Virus record (IMG/VR): IMGVR_UViG_2889676293_000002
Location: 16-64,015 of that record
Origin: a virus
DNA length: 64,000 bases
Direction: 5' to 3' (one strand)
Made by a program: the position numbers and the translations under genes. The notes under the pieces were generated by a model, which made no database searches, was not told the DNA's origin, and worked only from the letters and a program-made list of their open reading frames with translations. This document shows, piece by piece, positions 38,871 through 48,231 of this stretch. Numbering within the stretch: the stretch's first letter is position 1; each line of letters begins with the position of its first letter.

Positions 38871-38890
38871 CTTTAGATTAAGTAGACAGC

Positions 38891-39559
38891 CTAAAAATCG
38901 TTATTGATAGCCATTGCCGACTTGAGCGAATTGAAAAGCGACTGAGCCGTTGAGTTGATAGCCACAACAACAGAGCGACTTGATTCAAGTATACGCTTAT
39001 TGGTCGCTATACCCTGTTCAAGTTCCTTCTTTTCGGACTTCTTGGTTGTTTGTTCCAGCTTCTCTTCTTGATTCTTGATATTAGCCATTATCCTGTTTTC
39101 GGCAGACAGTGTTTTGTCATCTACCATAATGTAATAAGTCTCGACCGCCCCCTTCATGCCTTGTTCTATATCTGTCATAATAACCCTATAGCGGTCATCT
39201 TTACAGTCTATCGTTATGACATATTTCAACTTTGAGAAGATACTAGCAGCATCGTTGATGTCTGAAAAACCTTTGATAACAAGTCGCCCAGCCTCTTTAT
39301 CTTCAAATTGTATAACGCTCTTATAGTCACCGAAGGACTTTGTGACCCAGGTTTGTGCGTTTTTGAAAAGGCTAGCCTTGTTGTTTTTGACTTGTATGAC
39401 TTGCTGGTATGATACACGCCCAGTAGTTGAGTCGATAGGTAGGCCCACTGATTGACCAAGCGCACAGGCACCCGTAAGCAGAAGAAAGGGAAGAGCAGCG
39501 ACAAGCAATCTTATTGCAATGGCATTTGTGGTTGCTGAGGCGATAGACAGTCTTTTCAT
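38891..39559 (-). CDS. DUF4468-domain exported protein
   Basis: Signal region; LPID..TGRVSYQQVIQV...LFKNAQTWV...KSVIQFEDKEAGRLVIKG...TIDCKDDRYRV. Confidence 0.8.
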   Translation of the reverse strand: MKRLSIASATTNAIAIRLLVAALPFLLLTGACALGQSVGLPIDSTTGRVSYQQVIQVKNNKASLFKNAQTWVTKSFGDYKSVIQFEDKEAGRLVIKGFSDINDAASIFSKLKYVITIDCKDDRYRVIMTDIEQGMKGAVETYYIMVDDKTLSAENRIMANIKNQEEKLEQTTKKSEKKELEQGIATNKRILESSRSVVVAINSTAQSLFNSLKSAMAINNDF

Positions 39560-39633
39560 TGGTTATACTTTAAAATAGTAATGTTTATTATATTAAACAG
39601 TTAATGGTAACTTGCGTAGGCAAATCACAAAAC

Positions 39634-39855
39634 ATGAATACTCCAAAGGAAATAGGCGACTACATCAAGCAGTTGCGAAAGTTGAAAAAAATGACGCAAG
39701 CTGAGGTTGCGCTTCAATTAGGCGTAAAAACAACCACTTACACGCATTTTGAAACAGGTCGAACTAATATGACGCTATCAACTCTGAACAAGATAGCTGA
39801 GGTATTAGGGTATGAACTACAGGTGTCATTTAGCCTTAAAAAGCCAGTTGAATAA
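39634..39855 (+). CDS. XRE-family HTH regulator
   Basis: IGDYIKQLRK.KKMTQAEVA..LGV....THFETGRTN.TLSTL.KIAEVLG. Confidence 0.9.
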   Translation: MNTPKEIGDYIKQLRKLKKMTQAEVALQLGVKTTTYTHFETGRTNMTLSTLNKIAEVLGYELQVSFSLKKPVE

Positions 39856-39894
39856 AAATAATTAGTTTTAATCAATCTTTTTTGCGTCTAAATA

Positions 39895-39924
39895 TTGATT
39901 ATAATAAACTATTAGCTATATTTG
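39895..39924 (+). promoter_or_regulatory. Bacteroidota-type promoter for the antirepressor operon
   Basis: TTG 39895-39897, 19-bp spacer, TATATTTG 39917-39924. Confidence 0.5.
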
Positions 39925-40088
39925 TACATACCAATTAGCCAACGGCAAAAGCGACACAGTACCTACGGGTTGCCTCGCAAAGTAGTCTACTAGCCAACTG
40001 GTATAAAAAGAAAACCCCTAACGCTGCGAGACCGGGAAGTTACTCAGCAATTAGGGGCCGTTTGTTTCACTCAAACCTTGCGGTTCTC

Positions 40089-40556
40089 ATGAACACAGCA
40101 CAAAACTACAGCGCACAGGATGCGTCTGCAACCCCTCTTGAGCAATCGGCTCAACAAAACGCGCCAACGGTCAATTCTGACCAATCAACGGCAGAAAGTC
40201 TATTTAATCAGTTGGGCTTAGGTATTGGGAACGATGGGTATAGCGACCCCTTATCAATGATTACCTACCGGGCATTGTCCGAGTATCAGGGCAAGCAAGT
40301 ACGCCAACTGATTAAGTGCATGATTGAGGGTGACGAAGATATGCTGGTTATGGCAGGGGGTTTACTGTCAGAAATCGAGCGTATCAGCGACCAACTGACC
40401 GAAATTGCCGACAATCTGGCATCGGTCGCACTGAGTAAGTACCTCGAAAATGAGGCGTTCAATAATCCCGACAATTACGAGACAGAGGCGGATTACGACA
40501 ATCGGCAACGCGACCAGTACGAAGCGACAATCAGAGGCATTGTTCTCAACAAGTAA
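40089..40556 (+). CDS. Hypothetical protein
   Basis: ATG 40089; coupled to the antirepressor gene. Confidence 0.65.
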   Translation: MNTAQNYSAQDASATPLEQSAQQNAPTVNSDQSTAESLFNQLGLGIGNDGYSDPLSMITYRALSEYQGKQVRQLIKCMIEGDEDMLVMAGGLLSEIERISDQLTEIADNLASVALSKYLENEAFNNPDNYETEADYDNRQRDQYEATIRGIVLNK

Positions 40557-41326
40557 TGGAAAGGCTACAACTGACTACCGGCGCGCAAGGCGCGCCGGTA
40601 GTGGCTGGCCTGAAAGATTACTTCCAGAAGATTCAGCAACTTGCCGCAACAGGTGAGCAATTCCCAGTTGATTTAGATGAGGTTTGGCCGTTGGTCTATT
40701 CCCAGAAAGAGAAGGCTGTTCGCGCCCTGCGTAAGACCTTTTTCGAGGGGCAGGATTTTGAGGTTTTAACCCGAAATGGCGAAAACCCAAAAGGCGGCAG
40801 ACCTGAACAGTCCTACCGACTTTCGACTAGTTGTCTGGAATACTTTATAGCCCGTAAGGTGCGCGAAGTCTTTGACGTATACCGGGCTGTTTTTCATCAG
40901 GCGACAACCGCCATTCAAGCACCTGCAATAGATCCGGCATTGCTCCAGATTTTACAGCAACAGTCTCAACTAATGTCCGGCCAGCAATCCCAGATCGACC
41001 AGCTACGAAGCGAGATTGATTCAATCCGTTCGGGCAATCGGGTCAAAAAGCAACTGCCTCGCCAATTGCCTATTCCCCTTGTCGATAACCGGCAAACCCG
41101 GCAAGTTATCAGCCGCCGAATTGCGGAGTATTGCGGCCTACGGAACTGCCAACAACGTGAGGTATATCACTACCTGTATCAACGTATGCAGTCTGTCTAC
41201 GGGCTTAACGTGTGGCAGTTGACCCGACACCCTGGCGAAAGTGTAATTGATGCCGTAGAGCGTTACGGCTACCTGGATAGGGTGCTTGCCTTGATTTCGG
41301 CTGAGTTAGCTATTCCCAATTCTTAA
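40556..41326 (+). CDS. Phage antirepressor-like protein
   Basis: GEQFPVDLDEVWPLVYSQKEKAVRAL..F.EG.DF...KGGRP...YRLSTSCLEYFIARKVREVFDVYR (Bacteroidota AntA/B-like). Confidence 0.75.
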   Translation: MERLQLTTGAQGAPVVAGLKDYFQKIQQLAATGEQFPVDLDEVWPLVYSQKEKAVRALRKTFFEGQDFEVLTRNGENPKGGRPEQSYRLSTSCLEYFIARKVREVFDVYRAVFHQATTAIQAPAIDPALLQILQQQSQLMSGQQSQIDQLRSEIDSIRSGNRVKKQLPRQLPIPLVDNRQTRQVISRRIAEYCGLRNCQQREVYHYLYQRMQSVYGLNVWQLTRHPGESVIDAVERYGYLDRVLALISAELAIPNS

Positions 41327-41386
41327 TTCTGATTCATCAACTACCCGACCTAAGCAATTAGGTCGGGCCTTAGTCATAGCCAGCAA

Positions 41387-41743
41387 ATGAACAACACCGA
41401 AGCAAATAGCGAATTGGTAGCGGTTGAACCTGCTTTGCCTATTCCACTCGACAAAGGCCCAAGCCTTATGATTCGGCTAATAAACGGCTCAATGGCCCCT
41501 AAGTTTCCGGCCAATTCTTACGCCTTGTGCATACCTCTAACTGGTAAGCAGCAAATGAAACGGGGGAGTTCTTACGTCTACCATTCCCGGCAAGGGTATT
41601 TCGTCAAAGTGTTTGAGGGCTTTGCTGATAATGCAATCTGTTTGCGGTCAATGAACCCGACTTGTAGCCCTGTTGAGACAATACCTATAGCTGACGTAAC
41701 GGGTATCTATTCGGTAGAATGGAAGATTAACAAAGCAGCCTAA
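41387..41743 (+). CDS. Stand-alone S24-like peptidase domain
   Basis: INGSMAPKF...GYFVKVF...LRSMNP; no HTH. Confidence 0.6.
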   Translation: MNNTEANSELVAVEPALPIPLDKGPSLMIRLINGSMAPKFPANSYALCIPLTGKQQMKRGSSYVYHSRQGYFVKVFEGFADNAICLRSMNPTCSPVETIPIADVTGIYSVEWKINKAA

Positions 41744-41799
41744 ACTACCTGTCTATCAATCCGGCCTGAGCAATTGGGCCGGACTTTCACAGCACCACA

Positions 41800-42705
41800 A
41801 TGCAGACCAATAAACCCAAAAGGCGATGCCTTACTATTCAGGAAAGGGAATTGATTGTTGAGGCTTACGGTAGTGGGGTATCTTCTGCCGTTCTAAGTAA
41901 GCAATACGCAGTAAGCGACAGGTGTATATGCCACGCCGTTAAACGGGCCTACGCCCCAATTAGGTATCAAAAAATAACCTCCGATCAGGAAAAAACAAAT
42001 GCTGTCAGGGCTTATGCTGAGGGGAAGTCTATGGCCGTAATAAGAAAAGAGTTCAGAATAAGCGAAAAGCTACTTCTTCGATTGCTCAAGGAATCCAACA
42101 CGCCGATACGTGGAGCTAAAAACCAAATACAAGAACACAAGGATAAGGCTGTTGAATTATACGAGTCTGGATTGACGATCAATGAAGTGGCTGACCAACT
42201 AGGGGTTAACGCTCATAATGTGTACTACTTCTTACGGGGTAAGGGTATAACTAGAAATCCTGCCACTGTCAATAAACTAACGTGGAACAAGTCTCATGTT
42301 AATGTTAATCGACGCGCCAAATTAAGGCTCCTTAACTCCCGCCAAAAAGGCAATGCTAATGCAAGTTGGAAGGGAGGCATAACCCCACTGGTCAAGGTAA
42401 TCAGGGGATCCGAAAAATCTAAACAATGGCGCAATGCCATTTTTGCGCGTGACAATTATACCTGTCAATCGTGCGGGCGTAGTTCGTCAGAACTAAAAAG
42501 CGGCTCACTACAAGCTGACCATATCTACCCGTTTTCTGCGATAATCAAGGAACACAAGATTGAAACCATTGAGCAAGCTGAGGAATGTAAACAGCTTTGG
42601 AATACCGACAATGGCCGCACGCTTTGCATACCCTGCCATAAGCAAACACCTACTTACGGATTCAAGGCTACCCGCTACCATAAACGCCATTCATCGCATG
42701 AATAA
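41800..42705 (+). CDS. HTH-repeat plus HNH endonuclease
   Basis: NASWKGG...WRNAIFARDNYTCQSCG...ADHIYP...NGRTLCIPCH. Confidence 0.85.
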   Translation: MQTNKPKRRCLTIQERELIVEAYGSGVSSAVLSKQYAVSDRCICHAVKRAYAPIRYQKITSDQEKTNAVRAYAEGKSMAVIRKEFRISEKLLLRLLKESNTPIRGAKNQIQEHKDKAVELYESGLTINEVADQLGVNAHNVYYFLRGKGITRNPATVNKLTWNKSHVNVNRRAKLRLLNSRQKGNANASWKGGITPLVKVIRGSEKSKQWRNAIFARDNYTCQSCGRSSSELKSGSLQADHIYPFSAIIKEHKIETIEQAEECKQLWNTDNGRTLCIPCHKQTPTYGFKATRYHKRHSSHE

Positions 42706-43222
42706 GCTACCAGCTACCACCAAATGGCACGTTGCCGACTCCTATCAAAGCGGCGAATCTGTGCAGGAAATAGCGGCTAGGCTGGCTATCTCAGAAGAAT
42801 TGGTACGTAGTGCCGTAGCGGTCAAAAGAAAGCCTGTCAAGCCACAAAAAGGGGCTACACATGATCCGGGTTCAGTACTTCGTGTAACGCTTGTTACCTA
42901 CGACCCCGACTTGCAAAAAGCACTATTACAAAAGATACGAACAACGCCCCTTTATGGCGACTGGCGTAAGGCTGTGTTACGGCGCGACAAGTACCGATGT
43001 TGCGAGTGTGGTAATACGAAGAAAGTGCAGGTAGACCATATCTACCCCTTAAGTGCCATTATTCACAACTACCGACTCTACAGCCTTGAGGATGCGGCAG
43101 AGTGCGAATTAATCTGGCGAGTCAGTAACGGGCGAACGCTTTGCGTTACCTGTCACCAGCGCACCGATACACACGGAGCTAAGGCAAAGCGGCTATGGAT
43201 GAGGCCCGATGAGGTTGATTAA
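42698..43222 (+). CDS. HNH endonuclease
   Basis: ATG 42698; WRKAVLRRDKYRCCECG...VDHIYP...NGRTLCVTCH. Confidence 0.85.
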   Translation: MNKLPATTKWHVADSYQSGESVQEIAARLAISEELVRSAVAVKRKPVKPQKGATHDPGSVLRVTLVTYDPDLQKALLQKIRTTPLYGDWRKAVLRRDKYRCCECGNTKKVQVDHIYPLSAIIHNYRLYSLEDAAECELIWRVSNGRTLCVTCHQRTDTHGAKAKRLWMRPDEVD

Positions 43223-43260
43223 AACAAACAGCCCCTCGTTAAGAGGGGCTGTTTGTTTTA
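43220..43260. terminator. Bidirectional terminator
   Basis: Perfect 18-bp inverted repeat TAAAACAAACAGCCCCTC-GTTAA-GAGGGGCTGTTTGTTTTA between convergent genes. Confidence 0.85.
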
Positions 43261-43272
43261 ATCTCCATAGCA

Positions 43273-43536
43273 TTAAAGAACTCTAACGTTTGTAGGTCTC
43301 GCATCGGGCTGAGTATCATCTATAATAGAAAATACCTCTGTTGTGGCTTGAGTTGTATCTTGAATTGCTTTTCGGATCTCCTTGTAAGGCGTATCCGTAG
43401 TGATATGACTATTTTCTCCACCCCCTGTGCACCTTATGATACAGCCTGCTGTAAGTGCCTTGACGTTTATAATCTGGCTAACATTAACCAGATATTTGGT
43501 CTGTCCGCGGCCCATCAATTCTAAGAATCTTGCCAT
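43273..43536 (-). CDS. Small hypothetical protein
   Basis: ATG 43536 MARFLEL...KYLVNVSQIINV...I.TDTPYKEIRKAI. Confidence 0.55.
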   Translation of the reverse strand: MARFLELMGRGQTKYLVNVSQIINVKALTAGCIIRCTGGGENSHITTDTPYKEIRKAIQDTTQATTEVFSIIDDTQPDARPTNVRVL

Positions 43537-43704
43537 TACATTAAAGGTGTTTAGATTTCTGTAATCAGAGCGAGTTCTCTGACTTACAATCAAATTAAAC
43601 TGATTGGTGCGGCAACGCAAGAATAATTGACATAAGCGCATATTACTCAACGACCTTAAAAGGTAATGCAATAGAATTATAGATTACCTCCAATACGTAG
43701 CGAG

Positions 43705-43768
43705 AACACCCCTATACCCCATTTTTAACCAGTTTTCCTCTGTGCAGTCCGGTAATAAACGTACCATT
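43705..43768 (+). repeat. ~64-bp dispersed element, copy B
   Basis: 53/64 identical and gap-free versus 47033-47096. Confidence 0.85.
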
Positions 43769-43806
43769 GCGTCTTAAACGTAATAAGTCACTATTCCCGT
43801 AACAAA

Positions 43807-44136
43807 ATGGAAACTATAAACCTGGCACCTAGCCAAGATGTATTGCTGCGCTTTATGCTTTATCCCTCCTCACCCGCTACAGAGGTTATACAGCTAGGTC
43901 TCGATCAATGGATTGATTCGCAAGATGGATTTGGTGGTAAATATGAATATGGAACCAGGCACCGATTAGTCGATAAAGGGCAATCCAACACCGAAGAAGA
44001 ATACATAGTAGCTGCGCCGCCATATATTCGCAGAGTGCCACATCCAACGAAAGAGGGTAAGATATTAATAACACTGCTTGTATGTGTCGTTGAGGTCGAT
44101 CGTTGGACCCAGTTTGCGGCAAAGCCGACGTATTGA
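43807..44136 (+). CDS. Hypothetical protein
   Basis: Starts ~40 bp after element B. Confidence 0.55.
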   Translation: METINLAPSQDVLLRFMLYPSSPATEVIQLGLDQWIDSQDGFGGKYEYGTRHRLVDKGQSNTEEEYIVAAPPYIRRVPHPTKEGKILITLLVCVVEVDRWTQFAAKPTY

Positions 44137-44274
44137 CTATGTGAATCAAAGGTGAGCCCCCTCCCTTTTTTTAAGTCCGGTTTATACTTCGTTACGACTC
44201 GCTCAATTTACCGCACATGGTAAACTTTGATGTGACTTACTCCAACATACCTTTAATACAGTACCTAGTTATTT

Positions 44275-45204
44275 ATGCAGTTATTGAGCCAAATCATAAA
44301 CGAACTTATGGATTCCAGTCGAGATCTGACTGGACCTATGTTGAAAACTAAATTCTTAGCCCACAAAATAGGTAACAGTGAGCTACTGGAATGGGTCAAC
44401 AAAGAGCTAAATGGCTATAAAAATGCGGATGATTTACCGGATTATAGAAACGTTCGAGTCACCACTACGATGAGTTTTGTTGTTGGAGACATTAAATGGA
44501 GTGGTCAACCAATTCCAACGGCAGGGATGTCAGATGCAGCCAAACGCTTATTAAGTGAAGGCTACTTTTTGGAGTCAGTTGCTACGCTTTCTACCTTTTC
44601 CTCAAATGATGCAGATGATAGGTTAGCATTTAACATACCTGCCGAATTGGTGAGGTACGTAGAGATTCATATTAAGGAGCTGGGCCATAATCCCTATTTC
44701 AATATTGTAAGCATTCGAAAAGAAGCTTCCTTTAGTGCAGCGGTGCAAACCTTAGCTGTTATAAGGAGTCGCCTTCTTGATTTTATGCTTGAGATTGAAG
44801 AGGAACTGGGCAGCGAAACAACTATCGAATCATTACGTGCTGCAAATAGACAAATTACCACGATCATGTATAATACAATCACCAATACCGGCGATGGAAA
44901 CGTTATTAACTCAGGCGATCAGGCTCAGGTGAACGCAAGTATATCTATTAATCGAGGTGACATTCAGGGCCTTGTTAATAAGTTGACGGAGTTAAAGGTT
45001 AGCGAGCCAGACCAGGCAGAACTGATTTCAGCCCTTGCGATAGAAACAACCGATCCCGATACTAACTTATTTGGGCCTAGGGTTAATGAATGGATAACTC
45101 GAATGCTTGGCAAGGCGTTAAACGGAAGTTGGCAAATTGGAGCAGGAGCCGCAGGAGGCGTGTTAACTGAACTTGTGAAGGCTTACTACGGAATAGGCAA
45201 GTGA
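44275..45204 (+). CDS. AbiTii-domain protein
   Basis: MLKTKFLAHKIGNSELLEWVNKELNGY...LPDYR; C-terminal FGPRVNEWI..ML.KA..GSWQIG.GAAGGVLT. Confidence 0.8.
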   Translation: MQLLSQIINELMDSSRDLTGPMLKTKFLAHKIGNSELLEWVNKELNGYKNADDLPDYRNVRVTTTMSFVVGDIKWSGQPIPTAGMSDAAKRLLSEGYFLESVATLSTFSSNDADDRLAFNIPAELVRYVEIHIKELGHNPYFNIVSIRKEASFSAAVQTLAVIRSRLLDFMLEIEEELGSETTIESLRAANRQITTIMYNTITNTGDGNVINSGDQAQVNASISINRGDIQGLVNKLTELKVSEPDQAELISALAIETTDPDTNLFGPRVNEWITRMLGKALNGSWQIGAGAAGGVLTELVKAYYGIGK

Positions 45205-45266
45205 ACAACTTTCTAGATGAACTTAATATTGACAACTAACTTTATTTCCTTCAAACCTTTGCAACA

Positions 45267-45449
45267 ATGGATGAAAAGAAAAAATTTACACCTGGCATGG
45301 TCGTAGAACTCATGTCAGGTAGTCCCAAAATGACCGTCTTAAGGTATAATGGCGATGGCTTAATCTGCGAATGGTACAGCGAGACAAAGGCAGAATTTCA
45401 GTGGCACGAATTTAAAGAAGTAATGCTTATTGAGGTGGGTCGAGATTAA
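45267..45449 (+). CDS. YodC/DUF2158-like small protein
   Basis: KFTPGMVVELMSGSPKMTV...ICEWY...F.E..L. Confidence 0.75.
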   Translation: MDEKKKFTPGMVVELMSGSPKMTVLRYNGDGLICEWYSETKAEFQWHEFKEVMLIEVGRD

Positions 45450-45812
45450 GATCATGGAATAGACGGCCGTTCTTGCATTCATGATGATTGCAATTTAGTC
45501 TAACTGCAAGCTACAAAAAGAGCCCGGTCACTGTGACTGGGCTCGAATATTTTAGTAGTTAATTATCGGGGATAATACCGACCTATTGTTAATCTAAAAA
45601 TCTAAAGGAGAACATACAGGTAAGCTAATTTAGGCTTTAACAATCCAAAGATATGTACGCCAAGCTCGCTACTTCGGCAAGTTTCAAATAAAATCAATTC
45701 CTGACACAAGCCATTTTTCTGTTTTTTTTATAAAGACAGATAATTTGCGGTAAGCTATTAATAGCTATACAAATTTTCAACAAAAAATATGCTCAATTAA
45801 ACAAGAGACGTC

Positions 45813-46850
45813 ATGAACCAGTTGCCAGATAACAATTCACCAGAAAAAGCACTCTTTGAACTTCGCTTTAGCTCGACTATTCCCCTAAGCAAGAAGACAA
45901 TCGTTAGCTATTTTGAAAATACAGACTTTAACCCATCTGATTTAGGTATCGAAAACTTAACCTCTGCACAGATACTATATCAAGAACAAACAGCTGAAGA
46001 TGAAATTGGACGCCCACGAACAGATAAATATTTAATACTGAACGTTAGTTTTGAAGAATTCATCAGAAAAAACAAAACTAAATATGAAGAAATCAATAAA
46101 GCAGCTATCGACCAAATAAATTTTGGCCACAATGGTGATTTCTATCTGAAGTATTTTCAGCCTTATGTAGCCAAGTTCCACCATTTGCGCTGGCACCTAA
46201 TACAATATCTTATATGGAGATACGGGTTGATTGAGGGTGATAACATATGGAAGAATATGGGAAACTCTTGTAAATGGAGTATCGATTCAAAAGAAGGGAG
46301 TAACCCACTTACGAATATATATATGTTAGGTGAAGTTACTTTTACTGTAAACATACCAGAGATAGAGCTTAAAACAGATGATTTTTCAGACTTTACTGTA
46401 TCATATAAAAGAAGTGGGAATGGAATTCCACTGCATAGGGAAATATTAGTTGAAGCAGAGTTCTTAAAGAACAAGAGTAGATTTAGAAGTGCCTTGTTAA
46501 TGATTTACACTGCGTTAGAGGTAGGTACCAAAAGTTTATTAACTTATAAAAATCCAGACGCTACATGGCTCGTTGAACATACGTCTACACCTGATATTGT
46601 TAAAATACATAAAGAATATTTGCCCGCTATTATTGAAGACCCATTGACAAGTGAAGAATTAGATTTGTTGAGAAAATTAACATCTCAAAGGAATATAATT
46701 GCTCACTCAGGGAGGGTATCTGATAAATTAGATATTGACAAGTATTTTTCTTTCGCTGAAAAGGCTCTTTACAAGATTGAGTCTAATATGGATTATAAAT
46801 GGGCAAAAGATGTGTATTCCCCGAGTAAGAATTTCCCTATAGGGGGATAA
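45813..46850 (+). CDS. HEPN-domain protein
   Basis: RSALLMIYTALEVGTK...LRKLTSQRNIIAHSG (RxxxxH); AT-rich. Confidence 0.75.
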   Translation: MNQLPDNNSPEKALFELRFSSTIPLSKKTIVSYFENTDFNPSDLGIENLTSAQILYQEQTAEDEIGRPRTDKYLILNVSFEEFIRKNKTKYEEINKAAIDQINFGHNGDFYLKYFQPYVAKFHHLRWHLIQYLIWRYGLIEGDNIWKNMGNSCKWSIDSKEGSNPLTNIYMLGEVTFTVNIPEIELKTDDFSDFTVSYKRSGNGIPLHREILVEAEFLKNKSRFRSALLMIYTALEVGTKSLLTYKNPDATWLVEHTSTPDIVKIHKEYLPAIIEDPLTSEELDLLRKLTSQRNIIAHSGRVSDKLDIDKYFSFAEKALYKIESNMDYKWAKDVYSPSKNFPIGG

Positions 46851-47032
46851 GCTTGCATGTTGGCGTAGGGCTTCACTGTCAGTCTGAGAGAGCTTTGTGA
46901 GGCGAAGGAGTTCGAGAGGTTATTCTTATAAGATATTGAGATTTCGCCTAAACGATTTACACGCAGTTCGTCCCGTAACAGTCTCTCAAATTCCCTCTTA
47001 ATGTATATAATTACTTGCAATTCGCTAAGTCA

Positions 47033-47096
47033 AACACCCCCAAACCCCATTTTTTACTCATTTCCCCCTGTGCAATCCAGTGATAAACGTACCATT
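47033..47096 (+). repeat. ~64-bp dispersed element, copy C
   Basis: Direct repeat of 43705-43768. Confidence 0.85.
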
Positions 47097-47184
47097 ATAG
47101 CTCCTAATAGCCGTTCTTACGTCGTATCTTAGGGTAGCTTTCGTAAATTAGTTAATAATCACAAATTTAATAAAAGTAGACATT

Positions 47185-48231
47185 ATGAGCTTCGTCATGC
47201 TTGAATCTCCAGATAGAAATAAGCTACATAAGTATCTTCAAAACAGCAATAAGCCCCTAGAAGGCAGAATACCTTTTGCGAGTTTATTACTTGCGGAGCA
47301 ATACCTGTCCAAAAAAAACAAAACTATTAAGCAATGGAAAGAAGATAAGGTTCCAGCAGTAGTGAACTGGGAAAATAAAATTGAAAAACGTACTGTAACC
47401 TCGAAAGGAATTAATTACGTAATTATCTTAAATCACATTAAGAAGTACGGATATTTTAATCCGAAACAATTTGATTTATACTCTATAAGGGAAGATTTTT
47501 TAGACTTAAAGACTGAAGTAGGAGTAGCTTTACACACTAAAGATAAACGGACAAGTATAGAATTGTGGAATTCTTCTAATTATTTAGGAGAGAACTTCCC
47601 TATTACGCCTAATTTGGGTCGAGAGGGTATAATAATTAGTTGTTTTTTAGATCAATTATTACACAGAGTAGCTAAAAATAGAGAATTAATTGTATTGAAT
47701 TCGAATGATGTATTCTCAATTGATTGGCTTTTTTCGTTTAAGGACTTGATTAATGACGTAATATCAACATTAGAAATTTTTTTGCATTTGATTTATAATA
47801 AAGCTCAGTTCGATCCGCTTAATGGCTGGGTATTTGACAAAGATATACTTGGATCGAGTCACGGGAGAAGATTAACGGATAAGTTAAAATGGATCTATCA
47901 AATCTCTGGAAAACATCTTGGCATTGAAAGTTATAAGAATTCGTTACTATTTGTAAAAGAACTGAGAAACCATTTAAATCATTTTGATCCACCAGTGTTT
48001 TGCATAGCTATAGAAGAGATTGCAGATGTGCTTAATTACATTGTAGATATTGGCATGATTCATATTGAGATCAGAAAAGTACTAAATTTAAAAATATCAA
48101 GTACTTTGATTAATTTCATTTTACAACCTCAAATAGTCTTCGTTCCTGAGAAAATGTTTAGTCATAGAAAACCTCTGGATTATAATTCGGAGGGGTATAA
48201 TTCATGTAGGTGGCCAAAAGGTGTAGATTAA
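47185..48231 (+). CDS. HEPN-like protein
   Basis: LINDVISTLEIFLH...VKELRNHLNHFD (RxxxxH); very AT-rich. Confidence 0.65.
   Translation: MSFVMLESPDRNKLHKYLQNSNKPLEGRIPFASLLLAEQYLSKKNKTIKQWKEDKVPAVVNWENKIEKRTVTSKGINYVIILNHIKKYGYFNPKQFDLYSIREDFLDLKTEVGVALHTKDKRTSIELWNSSNYLGENFPITPNLGREGIIISCFLDQLLHRVAKNRELIVLNSNDVFSIDWLFSFKDLINDVISTLEIFLHLIYNKAQFDPLNGWVFDKDILGSSHGRRLTDKLKWIYQISGKHLGIESYKNSLLFVKELRNHLNHFDPPVFCIAIEEIADVLNYIVDIGMIHIEIRKVLNLKISSTLINFILQPQIVFVPEKMFSHRKPLDYNSEGYNSCRWPKGVD

Noticed and set aside
46793-47020. 75-aa minus-strand ORF next to element C
   Set aside because: Overlaps the HEPN gene end, has a weak start and no motif.
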